This document shows, one piece after another, positions 23,253 through 37,841 of a DNA stretch of 64,000 bases. The translations under genes and the position numbers were made by a program. This stretch comes from Eledone cirrhosa (lineage: Eukaryota). The notes under the pieces are model-generated. The model had not been told where the DNA came from, did not search any database, and saw nothing but the letters and a program-made list of their open reading frames with translations. The stretch's first letter is position 1; the number at the start of each line of letters is the position of its first letter. Location of the stretch: assembly GCA_964016885.1 (NCBI GenBank), contig OZ024742.1:57908001-57972000 (forward strand). The letters are read 5' to 3'.

Positions 23253-24754
23253 ATCATCATCATCAACGTTTAACGTCCGTGTTCCACGCTTGCATGGGTT
23301 TGGACGGGGGTAGTCCCACTTGAGGCAAGAGTGACTGTCTTGCAGGTTTTCTACAGTTGGATGCCCTTCCTAACACCAACCACATTTACAGTGTGGGTCT
23401 GGGAGGTTTTTACCGTGTTGCCTACACGGCCACATCACAGCGTGGACTGTGTGTTTTTTTGTCGTGACACCTACACGATCTCATTTGTTTCGGCCTGGAT
23501 GGCGCGGCACCAACATAACTTTACATAGAACTGGGTGGTGTGGATGAGATGGGGGTGGTGGTGGTGGGACGGGGTGTATTTTGTTAGAGATGCCTACTGG
23601 CTGGAGTAGGTTTTACTATATATTTAGGTAAGGCGGGTCTTCTCTGTTACTGAGTACCGCCAAAGGTCTCGGTCCAGTGACATTGTCTTGGAGAGGTGTA
23701 AGTGTGTGATGTCGGAGTTTATCAGCTCGTCCCAGGTTTTTCTAGGTCTGCCTATTCCGTGACTACCGTCTATCTTTATTGCCCTGCAGTTTGTTATACA
23801 GCTATCGACTTTCATGCGCATCACGTGTCCATACCAACGTAGCCTTCTCTCGAGTAAACAACATCTGATCCCTCTTATCTCTAATTTTTTCCTTAGTTCG
23901 TTTATGCTTTGCCGTTCACGTATATTACTGTTACACATCCAGCGGAGCATGCAAGCTTCGTTCCTCTCTAGTCTGCGTATATCCTCTGCACACAATGCCC
24001 AGGTCTCACTGCCATGCAGCATTGCTGTTCGTATGCAGGCATCGTACAACCTGCCTTTCATTTTTAGGGAGAACCCTTTAGCAGCTAATAGTGGTATAAG
24101 CTCTCTGAACTTTTTCCAACCAGTTCTGACTCTAGCTACAGTACTTTCAGAGCACCCTCCCCCACTGCTGATTTTATCGCCCAGGTAACGGAAGCTGTCC
24201 ACTATTTCTATAGAACCCTCTGCGCAATTGAAAGAGCTAGTATTTTGTGGGCACTTGCTGCTACTTATTGCACCAGAACACCGGCCACATGTAAAATCTA
24301 TGTTCTTAGTTAACTTACCTGTGATCCCACTACATCTTTTATGTACCCATACTTTGCATTTAGGACATAAAATGGAGTTTCTACCTACGCCTTTCCTACA
24401 CACCGAGCACGACCATTTCCCAGAAGGGACCGCCGCCTTGTTTTCTTTCTTACAAACTAGAACTTTGGTCTTAGCCAGGTTCATTTTAAGTCCTTTTGAC
24501 TCTAGGCCGTGCTTCCATGTTTGGAATTTCTTCTCTAGCTCGGCCATTGATTCCGCTATGAGTGTCAGGTCATCTGCGTATAGGAGTTCCCATGGGCAGC
24601 CTGTCTTGAACTCCTCAGTTATAGCCTGAAGGGCAATAATAAATAGTAGGGGGCTGAGAACAGAGCCCTGATGGACGCCAACTTTTACGCTAAACTCTTC
24701 ACTATATTCGTTGTTAATTCTAACCTTGCTGACTGTTTCTTTATACATGGCTTG

Positions 24755-24755
<1 letters not shown>
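23253..24755 (-). mobile_element. 5'-truncated RTE-clade LINE (C-terminal half of RT, PHD-like finger, 3' UTR, (GAT)n tail)
   Basis: [23 protein letters not shown] and LRWYGHV in an open frame 23624-24754; both ends lie in (TA)n. Confidence 0.93.
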
Positions 24756-24806
<51 letters not shown>

Positions 24807-25001
24807 CATATAAATATAGTTACACACATATATATATATACATATAAATATATATATACACACATATATATATACATATACATACATATATACATACATA
24901 CATATATACATACATATATATATACATACATATATATATACACATATATATATACACATATATATATACACAAATATATATATACATATATATATACACA
25001 A

Positions 25002-25034
<33 letters not shown>

Positions 25035-25127
25035 CATATATATATACATATATATATACATACATATATATATACACATATATATATACATATATACACA
25101 CATATACATATACATATCTATATATAC

Positions 25128-25656
25128 ACACGTGATGCGCATGAAAGTCGATAGCTGTATAACAAAGTGCAGGGCAATAAAGATAGACGGTAGCCACGGA
25201 ATAGGCAGACCTAGAAAAACCTGGGATGAGCTGATAAACTCCGACCTCACACACTTACACCTCTCCAAGACAATGTCACTGGACCGAGACCTTTGGCGGT
25301 ACTCAGTAACAGAGAAGACCCGCCTTGCCAGTAGGCATCTCTAACAAAATACACCCCGTCCCTCACCCCCCCCACACCATCCAGGCCGAAACAAATGAGA
25401 TCGTGTAGGTGTCACGACAAAAAAACACACAGTCCACGCTGTAATGTGGCCGTGTAGGCAACACGGTAAAAACCTCCCAGACCCACACTGTAAATGTGGT
25501 TGTTGTTAGGAAGGGCATCCAACTGTAGAAAACCTGCCAGACAGTCCTATGCGAGCAAGACAATCACTCTTGCCTCAAGTGGGACTACCCCCGTCCAAAC
25601 CCATGCAAGCATGGAACACGGACGTTAAACGTTGATGATGATGATGTTGATGATGA
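25128..25656 (+). mobile_element. RTE LINE 3' fragment, same subfamily, opposite orientation
   Basis: [10 protein letters not shown]...RPRKTWDE, followed by UTR and (GAT)n tail. Confidence 0.88.
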
Positions 25657-27183
25657 TATATATACATATATATATCTATATACACATATATATATATATA
25701 CATATATATATACACATATATATATACACATATATATATACACACATATATATATACACATATATATATACACATATATATATACACATATATATATACA
25801 CACATATATATATACACATATATATATACACATATATATATACACATATATATATACACATATATATATACATATATACATATATTTTATACACATATAT
25901 ATATACATATATATATACATATATATATATGTGTATAAAATATATGTATATGATATCGTTATGTAAATGATAGTAGAAAATTTCATTCCTTTATATATCT
26001 ATTTGTAGTGAAATATTAACGTTTATAAATTTTGATTACTTAAACCATAGCTAATATTGTATTGCCTTATTAGATATTTTAAATATTTTTAATATTAATT
26101 TATCAAATAGGGTTTTCGAGTCATTTACCGGGGCTGTTTCCTAAGTTTTTACTTAACTGCATGTGAGACCTAAGTATATACTTTTGTTTTTGTTTTTTAA
26201 TTTCCGGTTGATTCTATTTATTTATTTATTTATTTATTTATTAATACTACTGTGCATTCTATTTACTGTCTGGCCCTTACTCACTCATCCACATATATGT
26301 CTGTTTACCAACCTTGTAATTATAAGTAATTATATATTATATTATGTTAATTATTTTATATTGTATTTGTTATTGTACTATCGATCCTTATTACTTACCG
26401 TTGATTATATGTACCATTATGGTATGTTAAACTTTATATATCATGTAAGATGTTTATATTTTTGTACCATCATAATTTTGGGTATTGTACAATTTATATT
26501 TTTTCTCACCTACTCTGTAACTCTATATGAATTGATTTGTTAACTTGCATGCCATTATATATTATATTATATATTATATATGTTATTATATTATTATTAT
26601 AGTATTATTGTGACATCTATATTGTTTGTGTAAATTAACCGAAGATTATCTATTATATTATATTATATAGTATATAATTGTATAGTTTGTTATATATTAT
26701 ATGTGCTACTTATAATCATATCATATTATTACCTCATGTATATACGTATTATTATTATTATTATTATTATTTTTATTCCTATCATGCTTATTTATATTTA
26801 AACTCTTAATAAGGTTAAATTTGTGCTGTTGAAGATGGATATGTGTATTGATGTATGTGTATATGTGCGTACGTGTGCGTACATATATACATATGTATAT
26901 TGTACCTTTTAATTTTTATTGTAATTTTAATATTGTTACAAGTATATTATATTATATTATATAGTATTATATATAATTCCCGCTCTATATAACCACCTTT
27001 GTTTAGCTCTAGATTTTTTTGCTTTGGACTATATTTGTAATATGGTTCTAAATGTTATACACCTCTTTAGTGATTTTTATTATATATTTTTACCCATAAT
27101 CTTGCAATACTTTAGTGTATCTACACTCCATATTCTTCGGAGTTTTCGGCTTATATTGGCTGATAATACTTCTTGTTGTTTTA

Positions 27184-27228
27184 ATTGCCCTGATGAGTCC
27201 TTAATAGGACGAAACATTGTTGGCTAAT
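27184..27228 (+). ncRNA. Minimal type I hammerhead ribozyme motif (Penelope-type)
   Basis: ATTGCC-CTGATGA-GTCCT(TAAT)AGGAC-GAAA-CATTGT-T-GGCTAAT: exact core, 5-bp stem II, near-palindromic minimal stem III, GUU cleavage triplet, AATAAA directly after. Confidence 0.8.
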
Positions 27229-27417
27229 AAAGACTTTTGATGTATTGAAGGCTTCTTTGTTTTACTTTCATAATTCTTCGGCTCTGTTTAATTACATTGA
27301 GCTATACCTTTTACTGTCATTTCTATAATATGAAGAGGGTGTTTAACTCCAACACGCTCCAGTATTTTAATCCTTATATATATACATATATATATACATA
27401 TATATATACATATATAC

Positions 27418-27466
<49 letters not shown>

Positions 27467-27661
27467 CATATATATATACATATATATATATACATATATA
27501 TATACATATATATATATACATATATATATATATAGACATATATATATATATAGACATATATATATCGACATATATATATATAGACATATATATATAGACA
27601 TATACATATATATGTATATACATATACAGATATATAGACATATATATATAGTCATATATAC

Positions 27662-27693
<32 letters not shown>

Positions 27694-27701
27694 ACATATA
27701 C

Positions 27702-27733
<32 letters not shown>

Positions 27734-27814
27734 ACATATACATATACATATATATATATACATATATTTATACATATACATATATTTATACATACACACA
27801 TATATATATATATA

Positions 27815-28102
27815 TCATCATCATCATTTTACGTCCCCTTTTCCCTGCTTGCAAGGGTTGGATGGGTCCGATTCAGCACAGCATCTCTCCACTTGTCACG
27901 GTCCTTCGTCATCTCGATGATTTTCAGCGATCTGTGGTCTGCTCTCACCACCTCCGCCCATGTTTTTCGTGGTCTACCTCTACTGCGTCTTACCTCCACT
28001 GGAACTTCCTGTCACTTCTACACCCATCGGTCATCCTCCATGCCCATCACATGTCCATACCATCTCAGCCTTCTCTCCTGCACACTACAACTTATCCCTC
28101 TT
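27815..28102 (-). mobile_element. RTE LINE 3' fragment of another subfamily (shorter relative at 62863-62966)
   Basis: [19 protein letters not shown] and RGRPRKTW segments plus (GAT)n tail. Confidence 0.8.
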
Positions 28103-28160
28103 ATATATATATATATACATACATATATATATATACATACATATATATATATATACATAC

Positions 28161-28201
<41 letters not shown>

Positions 28202-28255
28202 CATATACATACATATATATACATACATACATACATATACATACATACATATACA

Positions 28256-28291
<36 letters not shown>

Positions 28292-28315
28292 TGCGTATAT
28301 ATATATATACATGTG

Positions 28316-28348
<33 letters not shown>

Positions 28349-28353
28349 ATATG

Positions 28354-28418
<65 letters not shown>

Positions 28419-28702
28419 ATATATATGTGTATATATATATGTATATATATGTCTGTATGTATATATATATGTGTGTGTATATATATATGTATATATATGT
28501 ATGTATATATATATATGTATATATATGTATGTATATATATATGTGTATATATATATGTATATATATATATATGTATGCATATATATATGTATGTATATAT
28601 ATATGTGTATATATATACGTATATATATATATATATGTATGCATATATATATGTATGTATATATATATGTGTATATATATATGTATATATATATATGTAT
28701 GC

Positions 28703-28737
<35 letters not shown>

Positions 28738-29236
28738 TATATGTATGCATATATATATATATATATATGTATGCATATATATATATGTACGTATATATAT
28801 ATGTACGTATATATATATATGTACGTATATATATATGTGTATATATATATATATATATACGTATATATATATATATATACGTATATATATATACGTATAT
28901 ATATATGTACGTATATATATATGTACGTATATATATATGTACGTATATATATATATGTACGTATATATATATGTACGTATATATATATATACGTATATAT
29001 ATATATATACGTATATATATATATATACGTATATATATATATATACGTATATATATACGTATATATATATATATATACGTATATATATATACGTATATAT
29101 ATATGTACGTATATATATATGTACGTATATATATATGTACGTATATATATATGTACGTATATATATATGTACGTATATATATATATACGTATATATATAT
29201 ATATACGTATATATATATATATACGTATATATATAC

Positions 29237-29268
<32 letters not shown>

Positions 29269-29364
29269 GTATATATATATATATGCATATATATATGCAT
29301 ATATATATATATGTATGTATATATATATATATGTATGTATATATATATATATATATGTATGTAT

Positions 29365-29405
<41 letters not shown>

Positions 29406-29429
29406 TATGTATGTATATATATATATATG

Positions 29430-29461
<32 letters not shown>

Positions 29462-29684
29462 TATGTATGTATATATATATATGTATGCATATATATATAT
29501 GTATGTATATATATATATATATGTATGTATATATATGAGTATATACATATGTATATATATATGTATATATATATATGTATATATATATGTATATATATAT
29601 ATGTATATATATACATATGTATATATATACATATGTATATTTACGATATTAAATAAATGGAAACTATATTTATAAAACCATATT

Positions 29685-29750
29685 TATTTCATTATATATA
29701 TTTCAGGGATATCATATTAAATATATGTTATGCCTTCTTCAGACAAAATA
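29685..29750 (-). ncRNA. Type I hammerhead ribozyme motif, family 2, copy A
   Basis: Minus strand: TATTTTGT-CTGAAGA-AGG..CCT-GAAA-TATATAT-A-ATGAAATA. Confidence 0.65.
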
Positions 29751-29960
29751 CAATATAAACAGTCTTATAAATAGATAGATTCGACATATGTATATATATA
29801 TATATATGTATGCATATATATATGTATGTATATATATATATATGTATGCATATATATATATATATATGTATGCATATATATATATATATATATATATGTA
29901 TGCATATATATATATGTACGTATATATATATGTACGTATATATATATATGTACGTATATA

Positions 29961-30003
<43 letters not shown>

Positions 30004-30060
30004 GTATATATATATATATGCATATATATATATATGTATGTATATATATATATATGTATG

Positions 30061-30096
<36 letters not shown>

Positions 30097-30177
30097 TATG
30101 TATGTATATATATATATATGTATGTATATATATATGTATGTATATATATATGTATGTATATATATATATGTATGTAT

Positions 30178-30218
<41 letters not shown>

Positions 30219-30423
30219 TATGTATGTATATATATATATGTATGCATATATATATATGTATGTATATATATATATATGTATGTATATATATGAGTATATA
30301 CATATGTATATATATATGTATATATATATATGTATATATATATGTATATATATATATGTATATATATACAGATGTATATTTACGATATTAAATAAATGGA
30401 AACTATATTTATAAAACCATATT

Positions 30424-30489
30424 TATTTCATTATATATATTTCAGGGATATCATATTAAATATATGTTATGCCTTCTTCAGACAAAATA
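30424..30489 (-). ncRNA. Type I hammerhead ribozyme motif, family 2, copy B (left palindrome arm)
   Basis: Same as copy A: stem I 8 bp with 2 GU pairs, extended stem II, palindromic ATATATAT stem III, AUA triplet. Confidence 0.65.
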
Positions 30490-30627
30490 CAATATAAACA
30501 GTCTTATAAATAGATAGATTCGACATACCTTTCAACTTCGACTTCTATTTGAAAAGTCAACTTTTCAAATAGAAGTCGAAGTTGAAAGGTATGTCGAATC
30601 TATCTATTTATAAGACTGTTTATATTG

Positions 30628-30693
30628 TATTTTGTCTGAAGAAGGCATAACATATTTTTAATATGATATCCCAGAAATATATATAATGAAATA
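30628..30693 (+). ncRNA. Type I hammerhead ribozyme motif, family 2, copy C (right palindrome arm)
   Basis: CTGAAGA at 30636-30642, GAAA at 30674-30677; the closing pair of stem II is an A-A mismatch in this copy. Confidence 0.55.
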
Positions 30694-31160
30694 AATATGG
30701 TTTTATAAATATAGTTTCCATTTATTTAATATCGTAAATATACTCCAAATACTTGTTGAGTGCTTTTATATCAGTTATAAATATTTACTCGTTGTTAACC
30801 CAACAATTTAAATAAAACTTTGCATACATATGTATATATATATGTATATATATATATGTATATATGTATGCATATATATATGTATGTATATATATATGTA
30901 TATATATGTATGCACATATGTATATATATGAGTATATACATATGTATATATATATATGTATATATATATGTATATATATATATTTATATATATGTATATA
31001 TATATGTATATATATATATGTATATATATATATGTATATATATATATGTATATATATATATTTATATATATGTATATATATATGTATATATATATATGTA
31101 TATATATATGTATATATATATAAATATATGTCTATAAGTGTATATATACATTACACGTAC

Positions 31161-31191
<31 letters not shown>

Positions 31192-31313
31192 TATATACAT
31201 ATATATATATATACATACATATGTATATATATATATGTATGTATAAGTGTATATATACATTACACACACACATATATATATATACACACACATATATATA
31301 TATATATACACAC

Positions 31314-31346
<33 letters not shown>

Positions 31347-31381
31347 CATACATATATATATATACACATATATATATATAT

Positions 31382-31412
<31 letters not shown>

Positions 31413-31644
31413 CACATGTATATATATATATACACACATATATATATATATACACATATATATATATATACACATATTTATATACACATATATATATATA
31501 CACACACATATATATATATATATATACACATACACACACATATATATATATATATATACACATGTATATATATATATATATATACACATGTATATATATA
31601 TATATATATATACATACATACATATATATACATACATACACACA

Positions 31645-31702
<58 letters not shown>

Positions 31703-31800
31703 TATATACATACATACACATACATACATACATACACACATATATATATATACATACACACACATATATATATATATATACATACATACACACACACATA

Positions 31801-31847
<47 letters not shown>

Positions 31848-32083
31848 CATACATACACATATATATATATATATACATACATACATACACATATATATAT
31901 ATATATACATACATACATACACATATATATATATATATACATACATACATACACATATATATATATATATACATACATACATACACATATATATATATAT
32001 ATATACATACATACATACACATATATATATATATATATATACATACATACATACACATATATATATATATACATACATACACA

Positions 32084-32169
<86 letters not shown>

Positions 32170-32211
32170 CATACATATATATATACATACACACATATAT
32201 ATATACATACA

Positions 32212-32249
<38 letters not shown>

Positions 32250-32511
32250 CATACATATATATATATATATACATACATATATATATATATACACATACAT
32301 ATATATATATACACATACATACATATATATATATACATACATATATATATATACATACATATATATATATATATATATACATACATATATATATATATAT
32401 TTACATACATATATATATACGTATATATATATACATACATATATATATATATACATACATATATATATACGTATATATATATACATACATATATATATAT
32501 ACATACATATA

Positions 32512-32565
<54 letters not shown>

Positions 32566-32580
32566 CGTATATATATATAC

Positions 32581-32619
<39 letters not shown>

Positions 32620-32657
32620 CGTATATATATATACATATATATACATACATATGTATA

Positions 32658-32699
<42 letters not shown>

Positions 32700-32810
32700 A
32701 ATATATATATACACATATATATACATATATATATACACATATATATACACACATATATACACACACATATATATATACACACACATATATATATACACAC
32801 ACATATATAC

Positions 32811-32852
<42 letters not shown>

Positions 32853-32858
<6 letters not shown>

Positions 32859-33261
32859 TGCCAACTCGTTTTCGAGTACGGCCACTACTTTATATCCATG
32901 TAGGAGAACCCCTACCGATGCACTGAACGAGTGTGACTTTTTAGTCCAGCCAGCGACTTGAAAACTCTGGTACAAACACTACACTTGTGACAATTATTGA
33001 CACATAGTGTTGGGCCCATGGTACCATGTGACGACAAGTGCAGAGAGATCTCCAGATACAAAGCAATGCCTGTGCCGTGAAGCATTTATAGTGAGCAAAG
33101 GCACTGCACAAAGCCAGTCCCACTCTCTTAACCAAGATGATATTTACCAAAAAGAAGAACAAGTCAACATCATTGGATACCATCAGGGTTGCAGGTGTTA
33201 TATCAGAGTTTTCCTTCTCCTAGAATTCTGCCTTGACAAAGGCTAAGGGGTCATCTCTCCC
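32853..33261 (-). mobile_element. ~610-bp element, truncated copy 3
   Basis: Matches 3170-3580. Confidence 0.75.
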
Positions 33262-33340
33262 GTATATATACACATATATATATACATACATATATATATA
33301 CATATATACATATATATATATATGTATGTATATTTATATA

Positions 33341-33610
33341 TCATCATCATCATCATCAACGTTTAACGTCCGTGTTCCACGCTTGCATGGGTTTGGACGG
33401 GGGTAGTCCCACTTGAGGCAAGAGTGATTGTCTTGCTCGCATAGGACTGTCTGGCAGGTTTTCTACAGTTGGATGCCCTTCCTAACACCAACCACATTTA
33501 CAGTGTGGGTCTGGGAGGTTTTTACCGTGTTGCCTACACGGCCACATTACAGCGTGGACTGTGTGTTTTTTTGTCGTGACACCTACACGATCTCATTTGT
33601 TTCGGCCTGG
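33341..33610 (-). mobile_element. RTE 3' UTR fragment
   Basis: Near-identical to the reverse complement of 25380-25640. Confidence 0.8.
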
Positions 33611-34638
33611 AGGGATATATATATGTATGTATATTTATATATATATTATTATTATAACGTCAAAGCATTTTAGTATAAAAGAATAATAACTATTCCCCCA
33701 CTCACCCTCACTATCCCATTTCCACTGTCAGTTGCAGAATTAACTCCACCCTAACCATATTTCTAACAAAATATATTGTCCACATGTTTCATTTTTTAAA
33801 AAATAATCAATCAAGAATTTTGATGGATTTAGTAAAATAGCTATTTCCTCATTATGTAGATGTTGTTTAGAACATAAGGTAAACAGATGATTCTTATGTA
33901 AAATTTTGAGAGCAGATTTAAATCTAAATAAATATAACTTTAAAACAGACAATTTTTTTTATCATACATTAGTGTTAAAACTAAAAACAAAAACATTTCC
34001 CCACCAATAACATTGGAAATGTAGTAGTACTTCAGGTGTGGAATTGTGACTCTCTAAAAGATAATTCTTTTGGCAGTTCTAATGAGGCACCATTAATTGA
34101 TTAAGGTAAAATTTGTCTGTTCTTGACCAGGAAAACAAGTGAAGAATTTCCTCATTTGCATAGCCTAACAATTCAAAAATGTAACTCATGAGAAAATACC
34201 TACAACTCCTTCAGAATTGATAAAATATGAGGATATCTGCTATGAAAATTCTGCACCCCAAATAAATGGCCAGGTTTGGTACAGAGAAGCCCAGATTTTT
34301 TACCTTTTGGACAATATTGACATCTATCTATCTATATATATATATATATATATATATGTCACGTGGTAGAAAACAAACCTGCTACAAGCTATAACTGTGA
34401 AGGGGTTGGTGTTAAGAAGTGCATCCAGCCGGAGAAACCAGACCAAGATTGAAAGTATGAGCAAGACATATTTGTCTGACCTGCCTGTCTAATATCAGAG
34501 CATGACAACTCATCTAACCCATGCAAGCATGGAAAATAGATGTAAAGTGGTGATGATTATATATATATTTATATATATATATAACGGCGATGAATTAGTT
34601 TTGCGAGGTTTTTGATATGAAATCGTGTGTCGAAACAA

Positions 34639-34826
34639 ATATTGTTATACTTGGGGAGGGTCATATTTGTGTAATAATTTGTGTAATAATATTGCCAGAA
34701 TTAATAACAGAACACACTCACTGTTAGCGACACAGAAGCAAAAACCAACCAAACAGTGAGTGTGTTCTGTTATTTATTCTGGCAATATTATTACACAAAT
34801 ATGACCCTCCCCAAGTATAACAATAT
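34639..34826. repeat. Foldback of an interspersed repeat (single-arm relative at 59186-59280)
   Basis: ~75-bp inverted arms with a 26-bp spacer; the left arm has an extra 12-bp duplication. Confidence 0.85.
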
Positions 34827-35467
34827 ATATATATATATATATACACATACATACATATATATATATATATACCTATACTTATATACATACTATACACATA
34901 TGTGTGTGGATATATACACACACACACAAATATATACATACAATCATTCAATATCAATGACAAGTATGAGGTTAGCTGTTTATTTGAAGCCAAAGGCATA
35001 GGGTTTCAAGTCATGGCTGGTACAACACAAATCACTGAAAAAAAGAAAGCAATTAAAAGAAATTCCCAAACTGAAATATTTCAGAAATACCTCCAGAATA
35101 ATAATTGCCTTTGGAGAAATGTTAAACAGGTTTCAGAAAAAAAGAAAGCTACAGATTACAAAGAAAGGTATTGCCAATTGCAAACAATTGATGTTGCTGG
35201 TTGCAAATAAAGGATTTAGTGACTTCTAGGACAGTGGATTGACAGAATCATTAGTGCATCAGATGAAATACATTTCAGTGATTTGTTACAGCACTCTATG
35301 TTCTGGTTTCAAATCCATAGAGGTCAACTCTGTCTTTCATCCTCCTAGGGTCAATGAAATAAAGTATCAGTAAAGTATTGAGGTCGGTATAATCGACTGT
35401 CCCCTTCCAGCAAAAATTGTTGACCTTGTGTCTGAATTAGAAACTAACATATGTATGTCACAGATAT

Positions 35468-35540
<73 letters not shown>

Positions 35541-37691
35541 CACACACAGACTACTTCCCCTGCCTTAGAAATTGCTGGCTTTGTGTTTAAATTAGAAAAT
35601 CTTATTAACTAACAATAGGGAAAACTGATCTGAATTGGATGTTCTTCATGAACCATTAAAATTATTGAGAGAGAGAGAGAAATATCTGTGTGTTGACTGC
35701 TGAGGGCAAAAAATTAACAACAAAACTCATGTTTTAGGGAAAAAATATTTTCTGGGCTAAACAGTGGCTGTGTGGCTAAGGAATTCGTTTCACAATCTCG
35801 TCATTTCAGGTTCAGTCACACTGTGTAATATCTTGGGCAAGTGTCTTCTACTGTAGCCTCATAGGGCTGACTAATGCTTTGTGAGTGAAATTTGGTAGAT
35901 AGAAAAAGCAGAAGCATTTCTGTGTATATATAAGTTGATAGATAGATAGAGAAACATATACATATTATATATATATCTATCAATACTGATCTTACAATGA
36001 GGTTGTTGTTCTACCCCTGTAAGGTAGATAGTGCTGGTGCCACAAACAATATATACTGTAAAGTGGTTGGCATTAGGAAGGATATCAAGCCATAGAAACC
36101 AAGCCCAAAACAGAACATATGAACAAGACATGGTCTAGGCGCACAACATGCTAACACATACAATCCATGCAAGCATGAAAAGTAGACGTTAAATGGTGAT
36201 GGTAATCATGTAGATAATATATATATATACACAAGTGTGTGTGTCTGTCTGTGTTTATGTCCTGTAACTTAACATTTCAACAAAAAGAGATGGATAAAAT
36301 AAATAACTGACTTAAAAGAAGTATGTACTGGAGTTGATATATTTTCAACTAAAAACTCTCTTCAAGGCGGTGTTGCCCCAGCATGGCCACATTCTAATGA
36401 TGACTGCAACCAGAAAAAAATTGTTAAGGAGAAGAGAGATGTTCAAGTTCTTTCATCGTGGAGGTGGTAGTGGTGATGGGAGGGAAGGAAGGAGCAAAAG
36501 AAATGCCATAATAAAAAGTGCAAAAAGAATGGATTAAGTTTTTCTTGTAGGAAGAAGAAAGGAGTAGAGAAAGGGTGCGGTTAAAAAATACAGAAGCTAA
36601 AAAAAAAGTTTCAATATGTTTTGGAAAGTGGATTTGATTTTTTTCTTTATTTTTCTTCTCGCCTCCCTGCATTGGTGAGAGGAAGTAAAAAAAGGGGTCA
36701 AAGATTATTATCACAGGGTAGTAGAAGCAGGTGCTACAACCATTAATTTAAGAAATGTAGCAGTTGATGTTTCGCTTATATATATATATATATGTTTGTG
36801 TGCTTATATATATAGTAAATGTTTGGTAAAGATATTCAAGGTCCATGGGACGAGTTTTTAATAAATTATTAAACTCAATACTGCAATGAAGACATAACAT
36901 GGAGAAACACAGGAACATGCGAGCAACTCCACGTGTGAGCAAACTCCACTTATTCAAGGTTGAATAAGTTTTGTTCACTCAACAAAATGCCTGTTCCTGC
37001 ATTTCTCCATGTGATATCTTTGTTGTAATAATGAATTTAATAACACACACACATATATATATATATATGTGTGTGTGTGTATTGAGAGAGAGAAAGAGTG
37101 TGAGGTTAATGTAAGATTGTTATATAAATAAATAGAAAAATAAAAACAGAAAATAGTAAAAACAGCCAAAGCTATTTTAAACGAGAGAAAGCAAAGGTGG
37201 AGGGGTGGGGGAGTGAGAAAGATAAATTGGGTGGAATATAATTAGACATGCATAAAAATTCCTGCTGAGTTTTATAAAATGTCTGATTGATGCATTGGTA
37301 TTGATGGTTGTATATGTTGTTGTTGGTGGTGTTTGTGTGTGTTTTTCATTTAGTCATGTGTAGTAACTCCACTTCAAATGATGTTCAAAATATAGTTGAA
37401 GGAGTCCATGTAGATAATGTTTGTATAGAAGATTAGTTGTTGTATGTTTTGGTAGCAACGATGTACGAATGTTGGGGTTTGTATGTCAGTGTTGGAGTGT
37501 GTTGATATTGGTGTTGATGTGTGTCAGTCTAAGTTGGTGTTGGTGTATGCCTATGTATTGATGTTGGTGTGATTGTGTATAAATATTGTGTTAGAAGAAA
37601 CAATTTCATCGTGGGATTCTGGAAGACATTAGGGAGGAAAAAATAATAGATGTGTGAAGAATAATAAAGAAGTTTGTTGTTGCTGTTGAAG

Positions 37692-37841
37692 TCAGGACCA
37701 AATACCGGCATAGTTCCCTTGTATATCTGAAGGCATTGGACCTCCAGCAGTAAATAGTCGCACACCTGTATCATCATATTTGTGTGTGAAGATGGAATTG
37801 GAATAACTTGGCCGCATCAAAGGGGAATTATTTTCTTTGTG
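37692..37841 (-). CDS. DCAF12: DCAF12 coding exon 8 (terminal)
   Basis: HKENN...[34 protein letters not shown]-stop; TTTTTCAG acceptor. Confidence 0.92.
   Translation of the reverse strand, partial: HKENNSPLMRPSYSNSIFTHKYDDTGVRLFTAGGPMPSDIQGNYAGIWS

Larger units (their letters stand above)
30374..30743. repeat. 370-bp near-perfect palindrome (184-bp arms, 2-nt spacer)
   Basis: Centre ...tttgaaaagt CA acttttcaaa... at 30558-30559. Confidence 0.95.
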
